Source: Anaerolineae bacterium (GTDB lineage: Bacteria; Chloroflexota; Anaerolineae; B4-G1; DUEL01). Taken from it: DNA of 41,363 nucleotides. The translations under genes and the position numbers were made by a program. The DNA lies in assembly GCA_025062415.1 (NCBI GenBank), contig JANXAH010000035.1, positions 1-41,363 on the forward strand. The letters run 5' to 3'. Below are positions 24,161-33,122 of this stretch, one piece after another (positions within the stretch are counted from its first letter, which is position 1; each line of letters begins with the position of its first letter). Under the pieces are notes generated by a model, which was given only the letters and a program-made list of their open reading frames with translations, did not search any database and was not told the DNA's origin.

Positions 24161-25825
24161 GTGGAGTATCCCAGGATTCAGTGTGTCCGCTGTGGTTATC
24201 AGGAGCGCTTCTACCGCGCACTGGAACAGTGTCCAAGGTGCGGTGGGGATTGGCTGGATGTCATTTACGACTACGGTCGCGTGGCCCAGGTCTGGCGGGA
24301 AGAGTTGCCCCGTCGCGCCAACACGATGTGGCGCTATCGGGAACTGTTGCCCCTGCGCGATGATGCAAACCGCATCAGCCTGGGTGAGGGAGGTACTCCT
24401 TTGTTGCGCGCGACCAACCTCAGCTTGATGCTGGGGACTCCCCATCTCTACATCAAGGATGAACGGCAGGGTCCAACCGGTTCCTTCAAAGATCGCCAGG
24501 CCTCTCTGGCCATCTCTGTAATGAAAGAACTGGGGGTCACCGAGGCAGTTCTGGCTTCTACGGGCAACGTGGCCATCTCCTACGCCGCCTACTCCGCCCG
24601 GGCCGGGATTAAAATCTGGGCTTTCCTGACCAGCCTGGTGCCCGCAGAAAAAATGCGGGAGGTCGCAATTTATGGGGCCCAGGTCATCAAGGTGACCGGG
24701 ACCTACGATCAGACCAAGCGAATTGCAGCCGACTTTGCCCGGCGGCGGGGGCTCTACTTGGACCGGGGGATTCGTTCCATCGCCGCGCGGGAGAGCATGA
24801 AGACTGTAGCGTTTGAGATCGCGGAGCAACTGGCGGCGTATCTGGGCCCCTCCTCTCCTTCGGTTCCCTGGCGGGCACCGGATTGGTATGTTCAGGCTGT
24901 CAGCGGTGGACTGGGACCGGTAGGCGTCTGGAAAGGATTTGAGGAACTCTACCGAATGGGCTTGATAGACCGGATGCCCCGGCTGGCCTGTATTCAGGCT
25001 GAGGGGTGTGCTCCGATGGTCCTTTCCTTTGAGAGAGGCTTGGATAAGGCCGAGCCTATATTGAACCCCCGGACCCGTATCATTACTGTCGCGACGGGTG
25101 ACCCTGGACCGGCCTATACCTTCCTGGCCCGAGTGATTCGGGAGCATGGAGGGGCTTTTGAGATGGCCAGCGATGAGGAGGCTTTCCGCGCGATCCACGT
25201 CCTGGCGAAATTGGAAGGCCTCTCCATGGAACCTGCGGCCGCGTTAGCGTTTGCCGGACTTTTCAAGCTGCTCAGCAAGGGTGTGATCCGTCGGGATGAG
25301 GTTGTCGTTGTGAACTGTTCTGGCCATACTTTCCCTGTAGAGAAACATCTTTTAGGAGAGGACTGGTTCCAGACCATAGAGGCCACCCGTGCACCGGCGC
25401 CAGAGGAGGGATTGTTGGGGTCTCTGGAGTCCCTGGGGCGGCATGCACAGCGTATCGCGATCCTGGAAGACGATCCTGGTGCCCGGCGGTTGCTCCGGCG
25501 GATTCTCCAGGCCCGCGGCCACTACCAGATTTTTGAGGCCGAGAACGGACGCCAGGGGCTGGAACTTATCCGTCGGGAGCGTCCGGATGCCATCCTTCTG
25601 GACCTGATGATGCCGGAACTGGATGGATTTGGCGTTTTAGAGGCGCTTCAGGAGGACGAGGACCTTCGGACTATCCCCGTGATCGTGATCACGGCGAAAG
25701 AACTGACTCCCGATGAACGAGCCCGGTTAAGTGGTCACATCCAGGCCCTTCTCCAGAAAGGAGATTTCACCGACGAGGAACTCCTCCGGGAAATCAGTGA
25801 GCGGGCAGGTGAGGAGATCCAATGA
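24161..25825 (+). CDS. Threonine-synthase-like PLP enzyme fused to a C-terminal receiver (REC) domain
   Basis: GTG 24161 (or 24155). N-terminal CxxC..CxxC, MWRYRELLP, SLGEGGTPL, PLP lysine PTGSFKDR, ASTGN; C-terminal ILEDD..LLDLMMPELDG..ITAK receiver motifs. Confidence 0.9.
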   Translation: MEYPRIQCVRCGYQERFYRALEQCPRCGGDWLDVIYDYGRVAQVWREELPRRANTMWRYRELLPLRDDANRISLGEGGTPLLRATNLSLMLGTPHLYIKDERQGPTGSFKDRQASLAISVMKELGVTEAVLASTGNVAISYAAYSARAGIKIWAFLTSLVPAEKMREVAIYGAQVIKVTGTYDQTKRIAADFARRRGLYLDRGIRSIAARESMKTVAFEIAEQLAAYLGPSSPSVPWRAPDWYVQAVSGGLGPVGVWKGFEELYRMGLIDRMPRLACIQAEGCAPMVLSFERGLDKAEPILNPRTRIITVATGDPGPAYTFLARVIREHGGAFEMASDEEAFRAIHVLAKLEGLSMEPAAALAFAGLFKLLSKGVIRRDEVVVVNCSGHTFPVEKHLLGEDWFQTIEATRAPAPEEGLLGSLESLGRHAQRIAILEDDPGARRLLRRILQARGHYQIFEAENGRQGLELIRRERPDAILLDLMMPELDGFGVLEALQEDEDLRTIPVIVITAKELTPDERARLSGHIQALLQKGDFTDEELLREISERAGEEIQ

Positions 25826-27066
25826 ACCAGGAACCGATCCGGATTCTTTATGTAGAGGACGATCCATCCAGTGCTCGTCTGGTTCAGCGGATATTAGGAG
25901 CAGAGGGATTTGATGTGCGAGTGGTGACGGACGGAATTGCCGCACTGGAGGCAGCCCGTCAACTTCGCCCCGCGCTGATCCTGATGGATATCAACATCAG
26001 CGGACTGGACGGGTATGAGGTGACCACACGCCTTCGGTCCCTGGAGGAGCTGAGGGATGTGCCCATTATCGCGGTGACTGCTGCAACCCTGAAGGGGGAC
26101 CGAGAGCGAGCCCTGATTGCTGGTTGCGATGGCTATATCCCCAAGCCCATAGATGTGGACCGATTCCCGGAGCAAGTACGCTCGTTCCTGAGAGGCCTGC
26201 GGGAACGGATAGAGTCTCCCCAGGAAAAGGCTGAGTACTTGGTAGAATACAGTCGGCGCCTCGTGGAGCGGCTGGAGGAAAAAATCCGTGAACTGCAGAA
26301 GGCCAACGCGGAACTCCAGCGCTTAGACAAAATGAAGACCGACTTCATTATCCTGGCAGGCCATGAACTGCGCACTCCATTAACAGCTATTTACGGATAT
26401 GCTCAGATTCTGGCCTCCCTTCCTGATCTACCGGGTTCTGTGGATGAGGAAGGGAGCCCTCGGCATCTTGTTCACCAGGTCATCCAAGCTACCCGTCGTC
26501 TGGGCCAGGTGGTGGACGATATTCTGAATGTCTTCCTGATTGAGGCCAACAGGTTAGAACTGTGTCTTGGGCCAGTATCATTGAACTCTCTTATCCAGAA
26601 TGTAGTTCGGAACATTCGGAGCCTGGGGCCAGAGCGAAAGTTGACCTTTGAGTTTGAGGGATTGGAGAACTTGCCAACCTTGATAGGCGATTCTCAGCGG
26701 CTCTTTCAGGCTTTCTGGCATGTGGTCAGCAACGCCGTGAAGTACACTCCCGATGGAGGGAAAATCCGAATCTCGGGCCGGGTGGTAGACCACACCATTC
26801 ACGTGGTTATCCAAGATACAGGGATCGGGATTGACCCGGAAGACCGAGAGCGGGTCTTTGAGCGTTTCTACGTGGTGGAAAACACCATTCTCCATCACTC
26901 CAGCAAAACGGCTTTCAAAGGCGGGGGGTTGGGATTGGGGCTCAGCCTGGCCCGTGGGATTATAGAGGCTCACAAAGGAAGGATCTGGATTGAGAGTGAG
27001 GGCCGGGATGAGCAACGGCTTCCCGGGACGACGGTGCATATCCTGCTGCCGTTGCCGCAGACTTAG
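25822..27066 (+). CDS. Cytoplasmic hybrid histidine kinase (REC-HisKA-HATPase_c)
   Basis: YVEDD..LMDINISGLDG..KP receiver; GHELRTPL H-box; NAVKYT, DTGIGI, FERFY, GLGLGL boxes; ATGA overlap with the upstream gene. Confidence 0.93.
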   Translation: MNQEPIRILYVEDDPSSARLVQRILGAEGFDVRVVTDGIAALEAARQLRPALILMDINISGLDGYEVTTRLRSLEELRDVPIIAVTAATLKGDRERALIAGCDGYIPKPIDVDRFPEQVRSFLRGLRERIESPQEKAEYLVEYSRRLVERLEEKIRELQKANAELQRLDKMKTDFIILAGHELRTPLTAIYGYAQILASLPDLPGSVDEEGSPRHLVHQVIQATRRLGQVVDDILNVFLIEANRLELCLGPVSLNSLIQNVVRNIRSLGPERKLTFEFEGLENLPTLIGDSQRLFQAFWHVVSNAVKYTPDGGKIRISGRVVDHTIHVVIQDTGIGIDPEDRERVFERFYVVENTILHHSSKTAFKGGGLGLGLSLARGIIEAHKGRIWIESEGRDEQRLPGTTVHILLPLPQT

Positions 27067-27089
27067 AAGCCCGGCGGCTTGGTTTGCAT

Positions 27090-27986
27090 TTATACCCCCT
27101 GTGCGGAAGTTCTGGCTCCCAGAAGAACACTGAAAACCAGGATGAGACCTCCAATCCACTGAAGGAGGGTCAGGCGTTCTCCCAGCAACAGGAACGCCAG
27201 GACGAGGGAGACAACCAGTTCCAGCAGACTAATGAGGGCAGTTTCAATTCCTCCCAGCCGGCGCAGCCCGGCAAACATTAGCAGGCGGGAGATGACAGTG
27301 GTAACCCCCAGGGCGAGAATGGTTCCCCACCCTGCTTCCGAGATTGGTTCTATTGGCTTTCCCTGGGCGAGGCGTGCCAGTCCGACGGTGATCGCCATTG
27401 CGGTCAGGATGTACGGGGATGCCGTTTGCGAGGGAACGTCGGCAAGAATCCACTGTCCCATAACCAGGTGCCACCCATAGGTTGCCGCAGAGGCCGCCAT
27501 CAGCATAGCCCCAAGCCAGTTGGGCTCTCCCTCTCCGCCTCCAGTGAGAATGTACACCCCTGCTATGGCCATTCCAAGGCGAACCAGGGTTAACCGCCCC
27601 ACAGGCTGGCCCGAGGCTGCCAGAAAAATAACCACCCAGAGTACGTAGAGAGTGTTTAAGAAGGAAGCGCGGGATGCGTCCAGGCGCGAGAGGCCAGAGT
27701 AGTACAGGAGTGACCCAATTCCGTTGACCGCGCCGACTGCTAAACATCCCAGCAGTTCCTGCCAGGTGATGCGCTTTAGATAACTTCGCCCGAACAGCAG
27801 ATACCATCCCCAGAGAAGCAAAACAGCGACTAAAGTCCGGAGAGCGGCGAGAGTGAATGGGGTTACTCCGTTGGCATAGGCAAATTTGCCCAAGATGGGT
27901 GCCCATCCCAGGAAGAAAGTGGAGAGGACGGTATTGCGAATTGCCCGACGACGAATATCCTGCGAGAAACTAATCGTGCGTTGCAC
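27090..27986 (-). CDS. EamA/DMT family transporter
   Basis: About 10 TM helices in two repeats; LAALR, ELVVSLVLAFLLLGERLTLLQWIGG. Confidence 0.9.
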   Translation of the reverse strand: MQRTISFSQDIRRRAIRNTVLSTFFLGWAPILGKFAYANGVTPFTLAALRTLVAVLLLWGWYLLFGRSYLKRITWQELLGCLAVGAVNGIGSLLYYSGLSRLDASRASFLNTLYVLWVVIFLAASGQPVGRLTLVRLGMAIAGVYILTGGGEGEPNWLGAMLMAASAATYGWHLVMGQWILADVPSQTASPYILTAMAITVGLARLAQGKPIEPISEAGWGTILALGVTTVISRLLMFAGLRRLGGIETALISLLELVVSLVLAFLLLGERLTLLQWIGGLILVFSVLLGARTSAQGV

Positions 27987-28111
27987 GTTGCCCTACCCTA
28001 ATGAAATCATATCACGATCCTTGCTTAAAACAACCTGTGAGTCGCGGGAATTTCGTATAGCCTAAAACTTGCCCTCAAGCAACAAGAATCAGTCCCGTAG
28101 CGCCACCCCCT

Positions 28112-28191
28112 CTGATGACTATACGAAACAACCGCGCGAAACACAGCGCCCAAGTATTTGCCAAGGGCTGATGACTACACGAAACCACCGC
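28112..28191. repeat. Two 24-bp direct repeats 56 bp apart, with a partial inverted copy at 28051-28062
   Basis: CTGATGACTATACGAAACAACCGC (28112-28135) and CTGATGACTACACGAAACCACCGC (28168-28191), 2 mismatches; TTTCGTATAG at 28051-28060 is the reverse complement of the core. Confidence 0.8.
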
Positions 28192-28215
28192 TTGCCCCCC
28201 CTGTCACCCTCCGGC

Positions 28216-28243
28216 TTGACAAAAATCTGCTTTGGATTAAAAT
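28216..28243 (+). promoter_or_regulatory. Sigma70-type promoter for rplY
   Basis: TTGACA-N16-TAAAAT. Confidence 0.65.
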
Positions 28244-28307
28244 ATCGCCGCCAAGAGCGGGCGTTCCCCGCTTTTTTGTTGATTGTGAATCTCAGGGGGA
28301 GGAAACG

Positions 28308-28958
28308 ATGCAGACTGAGCTGAGTTTAAATGCCGAGATTCGGACTGTTGTGGGCAAGAAGACAAAACAGCTTCGGGCCCGGGGATGGATCCCGGCAGTC
28401 CTTTATGGCCCGGGAGTGGAAAATCGCCTCCTTCAGATTCCCGCCAGCGAGGCTGAGACGGTCATCGCGCGGGCCGGCACCAGCCATCTGATTACGGTGA
28501 ATATCCGCGGCGATAAGGGCCCTGTCCAGGTCCTGCTCAAGGGATTCCAGCGGGACCCCATCCGTCGCAACCTGCTGCACGTTGACCTCTACCAGGTCGC
28601 AATGGACAAGCCTATCACAGTAGAGGTCCCAATTGTTCTGGTCGGCTCCTCGCCCGTTCTGGATCGCAAAGAGGGGATCCTGCTGCAGGGCAAGCAGACG
28701 CTGGAGATTGAGTGCCTGCCAAAGGACCTGATAGAGGCAGTTGAGGTGGACCTGAGCCTTCTGACGGAGGTAGACCAGCAGATCACCGTCGCCGACCTGG
28801 CCCTTCCTCCAACCATCCGGGTGCTGGACGACCCCGACGAAGTGATTGTACGGGTCAGCCCGCTGGAGGAAGAGGAGGAGATCGTTGAAGAAGTTCCGAC
28901 CACAGTGGAGCCGGAACTGATCCGTAAGCGGAAAGAAGAGGTGGAAGAAGAGGAGTGA
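28308..28958 (+). CDS. rplY: 50S ribosomal protein L25 / Ctc
   Basis: Start placed at ATG 28308 (GGAGG RBS). LRARGWIPAVLYG, QRDPIRRNLLHVDLY, VEVPIVLVG, acidic tail. Confidence 0.95.
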   Translation: MQTELSLNAEIRTVVGKKTKQLRARGWIPAVLYGPGVENRLLQIPASEAETVIARAGTSHLITVNIRGDKGPVQVLLKGFQRDPIRRNLLHVDLYQVAMDKPITVEVPIVLVGSSPVLDRKEGILLQGKQTLEIECLPKDLIEAVEVDLSLLTEVDQQITVADLALPPTIRVLDDPDEVIVRVSPLEEEEEIVEEVPTTVEPELIRKRKEEVEEEE

Positions 28959-28982
28959 TTCCGCCTTTTCTTCTAATTAACA

Positions 28983-29030
28983 AAAACAGATTGCGGCCGT
29001 GGTCCGTTCGCCACGGCCGCAATCTGTTTT
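28983..29030. terminator. Bidirectional intrinsic terminator between rplY and korB
   Basis: Perfect 20-bp inverted repeat AAAACAGATTGCGGCCGTGG-N8-CCACGGCCGCAATCTGTTTT with A/T tails on both sides. Confidence 0.85.
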
Positions 29031-29901
29031 ACATCGCCTCCTCAAGAAGCCGCCGGACCTGCTCCGGAGTGAGTTTCTCCAGCGGCCGCGGGGCCAGTGG
29101 CCCTGCCCTCAGCGCTGGAACCTGCTCCTCGTAGGCGGGCCGGTCCTCCACCTGATAGAAAACCCCAATGGGAATCCGGTCCCCCCACTCCAGGGCCTTC
29201 GCAAAAGCCGCCATTTTGTCGGTGACGTCGTAGGTTGGATCGTCCTGGAGGTTGTAGACGCGGGGACGATAGTAGTCGTAGGAGTTCTGGCGATTGAAGG
29301 TGACACAGGGCTGGAAGACGTCTATCAGTGCATATCCCCGATGGCCCAGTGCCCGAACAATGGTCTCCGTCAGGTGGTTCAGGTCGCCGGACCAGGAGCG
29401 GGCGACGAAGGTCGCGCCCGCCGCCAGCGCCAGTGCGATGGGGTTAACCGGAAGTTCAAAGGACCCCCAGGGGGAAGTCTTGCTCACTCGCCCCCGGTCG
29501 CTGGTGGGAGAATATTGCCCTTTCGTCAGACCATAGATGCGGTTGTCCTGGATGATGTCCACCAGGCCGATGTTGCGACGGGCAGCGTGGAGCATATGAC
29601 CCAGCCCCTCCGCATAGGCATCGCCGTCGCCATGAGTACAGATGACCCGCAGGCCATGGTTGGCCAGCCGAACCCCCGTCGCCACAGGGACCGTCCGACC
29701 GTGCAGGGTCATATAGCCATTGGCGTGGGTGTAATCAGGGAGTTTGCTCCCACAGCCGATGCCGCTCACCAGCATGACCTGGTGCGGCGCCAGGCCCACC
29801 TGGGCCAGCGCCCGCTTGACCGCGTTCCAGATAGCAAAGTTCCCACACCCAGTACACCAGGTGGGACGAACAGGACTGGCAAAGTCGTCTACGGTAACCA
29901 T
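29029..29901 (-). CDS. korB: 2-oxoacid:ferredoxin oxidoreductase beta subunit
   Basis: WCTGCGN, SGIGC, HGR, TPP motif GDGD..DNRIYGLTKGQYSPT, QPCVTFN. Confidence 0.92.
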   Translation of the reverse strand: MVTVDDFASPVRPTWCTGCGNFAIWNAVKRALAQVGLAPHQVMLVSGIGCGSKLPDYTHANGYMTLHGRTVPVATGVRLANHGLRVICTHGDGDAYAEGLGHMLHAARRNIGLVDIIQDNRIYGLTKGQYSPTSDRGRVSKTSPWGSFELPVNPIALALAAGATFVARSWSGDLNHLTETIVRALGHRGYALIDVFQPCVTFNRQNSYDYYRPRVYNLQDDPTYDVTDKMAAFAKALEWGDRIPIGVFYQVEDRPAYEEQVPALRAGPLAPRPLEKLTPEQVRRLLEEAM

Positions 29902-29921
29902 CGCGTTTCCTCCATCAACGG

Positions 29922-29976
29922 AATCAGCAATACGCAGTACGGGCTATGCGTTGCGTATTCCGTATTCCGTGTTCCG
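29922..29976. repeat. Inverted arrays of 7-bp repeats at the korA-korB junction
   Basis: AATCAGC AATACGC AGTACGG facing GCGTATT CCGTATT CCGTGTT; overlaps the korA stop codon. Confidence 0.65.
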
Positions 29977-31686
29977 CAAGATGTACTCCGGCGAAATGGG
30001 CCGGCCATCCCACTTGAGGATGCGGCGGGAGACGGTGTGACCCGTCGCCATCCGTAACAGATTTGCGAACTGGCCAGAGTAGTTGCCCTCCACAGCCACC
30101 GTCTCGCCCGTGAGCAGGCGCTCCACCCCTTCGGGCACGGGCCAGATATCGGTGAAATGGAGCATCCGGGCCCGAAGGCCCTGCTCGTTCAGCCGATCCA
30201 CCACCTCCCGCAGGGGCCCATAGGTGGAGCCCCACCCAACAAAGGTCAGACTGGCATCGTCTGAACCATAGACGGTGGGCAGGCGCATCTCGGCGCGGGC
30301 CGCCTCCAGTTTGCGCATCCGCTTTTCGTGCATCCGGCGGCGGTTCTCCGCGTTTTCTTCTATGTGGCCGTACTCGTCATGTTCATCGCTGGAGGAAGCG
30401 TAAACGGCCTTCGGATGGCCCGGAATGGCCCGCGGGGAGATGCCACTCTCGGTGAACCGATGGCGCTTGTACTCGCCCTCCAGATTCTCCAGTTCCGCCT
30501 CCGTCAGCAACTCGCCCCGGTCTATGACCACTGCGTCAAAGTTCAGGTCCTCGGGGGCCACATCCCGGACAGAGGTCGCCAGGTAGTGGTCGGAGAGGAC
30601 GATCACGGGGGTCTGGTAGCGCTCAGCGAAGTTGAAGGCCCGCCACCCGGCCTCAAAGGCCTGCTCCACCGTCCCCGGAGCCAGGACAATGCGCGGGAAT
30701 TCGCCCTGGGAAGCATGGAGGACGAAGAGGAGGTCGCCCTGTTCGGTTCGGGTCGCCAGGCCGGTGGAAGGACCGGGCCGCTGGGCTTCGTAGACGACGA
30801 CAGGGACCTCCGTCATCCCGGCCAGGCCAAGGGCCTCCACCATCAGGGAGAAGCCGCCACCGGAGGTGGGGGCCATCGCCCGGACGCCGGCGTATCCAGC
30901 GCCGATGGCCATGCAGAGGGCCGCGATCTCGTCCTCCACCTGAATCGTGACAACGCCGTACTCGGCCGCGTGGGCCGCCATCCACTCCAGGACGGGGCTA
31001 CCCGGCGTCATCGGATAGCCGGCGACGAAGCGACAGCCGCCCGCCAGCGCGCCCATCGCAAAGGCTTGGTTGCCATTGAGGAGAAGCCTTCGCGGCGCGC
31101 CCGGCACTGCCTCCATTCGGAAGGGAAAGTCGGCCTGGAAGGGGCGGGAGGCCTCCACTCCGGCCTCAATCACCCGCAGGTTGGCATCCACCACCGCCTG
31201 CCCCTTGCGGGCAAAGTTATCCCGCGCGACACTCTCAATGTACGTGGGATCAAACCCGATGAGCCCTGCAGCGACGGCGAAGACCAGGGTGTTGCGCATA
31301 ATGGCGCTTCCACCGGTCTCCTCCGCCCGTTTGGAGAGAGGGATAGGGAAATATTGAACGTCGGGCCGCCGAGGGATGTCGGGAAGTCCGTCTTTCTCGT
31401 CGTAGACGACGGCGCCGCCAGGAACAACAGCGCCGATGTGCCGCCGAACGGTCTCCTGGTCCAGCGCCAGGAGCAGGTGGACGGGCTCGGTGTGGCTGTA
31501 GAGGGGACGGCGAGCGATGCGGACGGTGAAGAAGTTATGGCCTCCGCGGATTCGGGAATGATAGTCGGGAAGGCCAAAAACGTGGAGCCCACCCCGCACC
31601 AGGGCCTGGGAGAAACCGACACCGCTGGATTCCAACCCCATCCCAGCCTCTCCACCGATGCGGATGGTCACTTCTGGGGTTTCCAT
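29944..31686 (-). CDS. korA: 2-oxoacid:ferredoxin oxidoreductase alpha subunit (gamma-alpha fusion)
   Basis: Start placed at ATG 31686 (GGAGGT RBS). GGEAGMG, SRIRGGHN, GYPMTP, EDEIAA, TSGGGFSLM, QRPGPSTG. Confidence 0.92.
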   Translation of the reverse strand: METPEVTIRIGGEAGMGLESSGVGFSQALVRGGLHVFGLPDYHSRIRGGHNFFTVRIARRPLYSHTEPVHLLLALDQETVRRHIGAVVPGGAVVYDEKDGLPDIPRRPDVQYFPIPLSKRAEETGGSAIMRNTLVFAVAAGLIGFDPTYIESVARDNFARKGQAVVDANLRVIEAGVEASRPFQADFPFRMEAVPGAPRRLLLNGNQAFAMGALAGGCRFVAGYPMTPGSPVLEWMAAHAAEYGVVTIQVEDEIAALCMAIGAGYAGVRAMAPTSGGGFSLMVEALGLAGMTEVPVVVYEAQRPGPSTGLATRTEQGDLLFVLHASQGEFPRIVLAPGTVEQAFEAGWRAFNFAERYQTPVIVLSDHYLATSVRDVAPEDLNFDAVVIDRGELLTEAELENLEGEYKRHRFTESGISPRAIPGHPKAVYASSSDEHDEYGHIEENAENRRRMHEKRMRKLEAARAEMRLPTVYGSDDASLTFVGWGSTYGPLREVVDRLNEQGLRARMLHFTDIWPVPEGVERLLTGETVAVEGNYSGQFANLLRMATGHTVSRRILKWDGRPISPEYILRNTEYGIRNA

Positions 31687-31801
31687 AGAGGCACCTCCGT
31701 TTATACGTGTTGTGCGCAAGAAGAGCGGCGGGAATGTGAGAAACAGCGAGGGGATAAGCCGCGGATTTGTTTTATCATGGTCTGGGATTTTGTCAAGCCA
31801 A

Positions 31802-31830
31802 TTGCCCTCCCCGCCAAACAGTGGTATACT
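31802..31830 (+). promoter_or_regulatory. Sigma70-type promoter, probably giving a leaderless transcript
   Basis: TTGCCC-N17-TATACT with TG extension; GTG start 7 nt downstream with no RBS. Confidence 0.55.
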
Positions 31831-31837
31831 CTCTCCC

Positions 31838-32302
31838 GTGACCAGCAAACCAACCGTCCAGCGGCCCTCGGCTACTTCGTACCGGCACCTGGTCCGGTGG
31901 CTGGCGATCCTCCTGGCTGCGGTGGGAATCGGGAACATCGGCCGGGCCATCGTTGCGGTTCAGTATATGCAGCGCCTTCCGGACCTTCCCCTGACGGTTC
32001 CACTCCCGTATCTGGCGGTAACGGGAGCAGGATGGGGGATCGTGTTGCTGGCCTGCGCTGCTGGGCTCTGGATGCTCCATTCCTGGAGTCGCCCGCTGAC
32101 CCTGGTCTGCGTGGCCCTCTTTCAGGCCCACACCTGGCTGAACCATCTGGCTTTTGATGCGTCGGACTACGCGTTCCAGACCCGGCCGCGGGACGCGCTG
32201 GTGAGCCTTCTCTTCCTGGCTCTTTTCTGGGGACTGTTGAACCTGCGCGGGGTACGTCGGGTGTTTAAAGAGCGCAAAGACACAAAGGCACGAAGAAATT
32301 AA
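31838..32302 (+). CDS. Hypothetical 4-TM membrane protein
   Basis: Start placed at GTG 31838 from the promoter position; four hydrophobic segments. Confidence 0.7.
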   Translation: MTSKPTVQRPSATSYRHLVRWLAILLAAVGIGNIGRAIVAVQYMQRLPDLPLTVPLPYLAVTGAGWGIVLLACAAGLWMLHSWSRPLTLVCVALFQAHTWLNHLAFDASDYAFQTRPRDALVSLLFLALFWGLLNLRGVRRVFKERKDTKARRN

Positions 32303-32334
32303 ATAAACACCTCGTGCCTTGGCGTCTTCGTGGT
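32272..32334. repeat. Inverted arrays of about 8-bp CACGAAG-type repeats (REP-like)
   Basis: GCGCAAAGA CACAAAGG CACGAAG facing CTCGTG CCTTGGCG TCTTCGTGGT. Confidence 0.6.
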
Positions 32335-32355
32335 TTCTAACTCTGGGAGGTAGAC

Positions 32356-33111
32356 ATGCGTCTGGCAGTGCTCTCCGACATTCACGGAAATCTGCTGGCC
32401 CTGGAGGCGGTCCTGGCCGACCTTCAGGCCCAGGGAACGCCCGACCTCTATTGGGTTCTGGGCGACCTGGTCGCCTTCGGGCCCTGGCCTGTGGAGACCC
32501 TGGCCCGTCTGCGGGCCCTTCCCAATGTCTCCTTTGTCCAAGGAAATACCGATCGCTACATCGTGACCGGGCGAAGGCCCGCTGCGCCAGTCCGCTCCCC
32601 GGAAGACTGGGCCCGAATGCCCGGATTCCTGGAGATGCGGGACGGGATGTTCCGCTGGGCGGTGGAACGGCTGGGCTGGGAGGAGTATCTCTTCCTGCGG
32701 GACCTCCCGACCCAGCTGGAACTGGACGTCCCCGGCTTCGGCCGCGTCCTGGCCTTCCACGCCAACCCGGTGGACGACGAGACCAACATCTTCCCAGACA
32801 CCCCCGACGAGCAGATTCGCCCCCTCCTGAAAGGAGTGGAGGCGCGGCTGATGGTCTACGGTCACACGCACCGGCCCCTGGACCGGACAGTGGACGGAAT
32901 CCGGTTGGTCAACGGTGGGAGCATCGGCTTCCCCCTGGACGGCGTCACTCAACCCGGATACGCCCTGCTGGATTTTGAGGGGAGCGCCTGCGCGGTCACC
33001 CTGCGGCGAGTCTCCTACGACCTGGAGGCTGTGGTGGCAGAACTGGAGCGGGTAGCCCACCCGGCCCGCGCGTGGCTGACCGCTATGCTGCGTCGGGGAG
33101 CCCCTGCGTAG
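32356..33111 (+). CDS. Calcineurin-like metallophosphoesterase (YfcE/MJ0912-like)
   Basis: SDIHGN, LGDLV, GNTD, FH, GHTH, NGGSIG motifs. Confidence 0.9.
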   Translation: MRLAVLSDIHGNLLALEAVLADLQAQGTPDLYWVLGDLVAFGPWPVETLARLRALPNVSFVQGNTDRYIVTGRRPAAPVRSPEDWARMPGFLEMRDGMFRWAVERLGWEEYLFLRDLPTQLELDVPGFGRVLAFHANPVDDETNIFPDTPDEQIRPLLKGVEARLMVYGHTHRPLDRTVDGIRLVNGGSIGFPLDGVTQPGYALLDFEGSACAVTLRRVSYDLEAVVAELERVAHPARAWLTAMLRRGAPA

Positions 33112-33122
33112 AGGCGGAAAAG

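Noticed and set aside
28112-28191. CRISPR array, canonical hammerhead ribozyme or fluoride riboswitch
   Set aside because: Only two repeats and no cas genes; stems I-III of a hammerhead cannot be formed (C-C at the base of stem II); the upstream GAUGG..UUC pseudoknot partner of the fluoride riboswitch is absent. Kept only as an unexplained repeat.
24161-28300. Horizontally acquired low-GC island
   Set aside because: The region looks somewhat more AT-rich by eye, but I could not quantify it and there are no mobility genes or clear boundaries.
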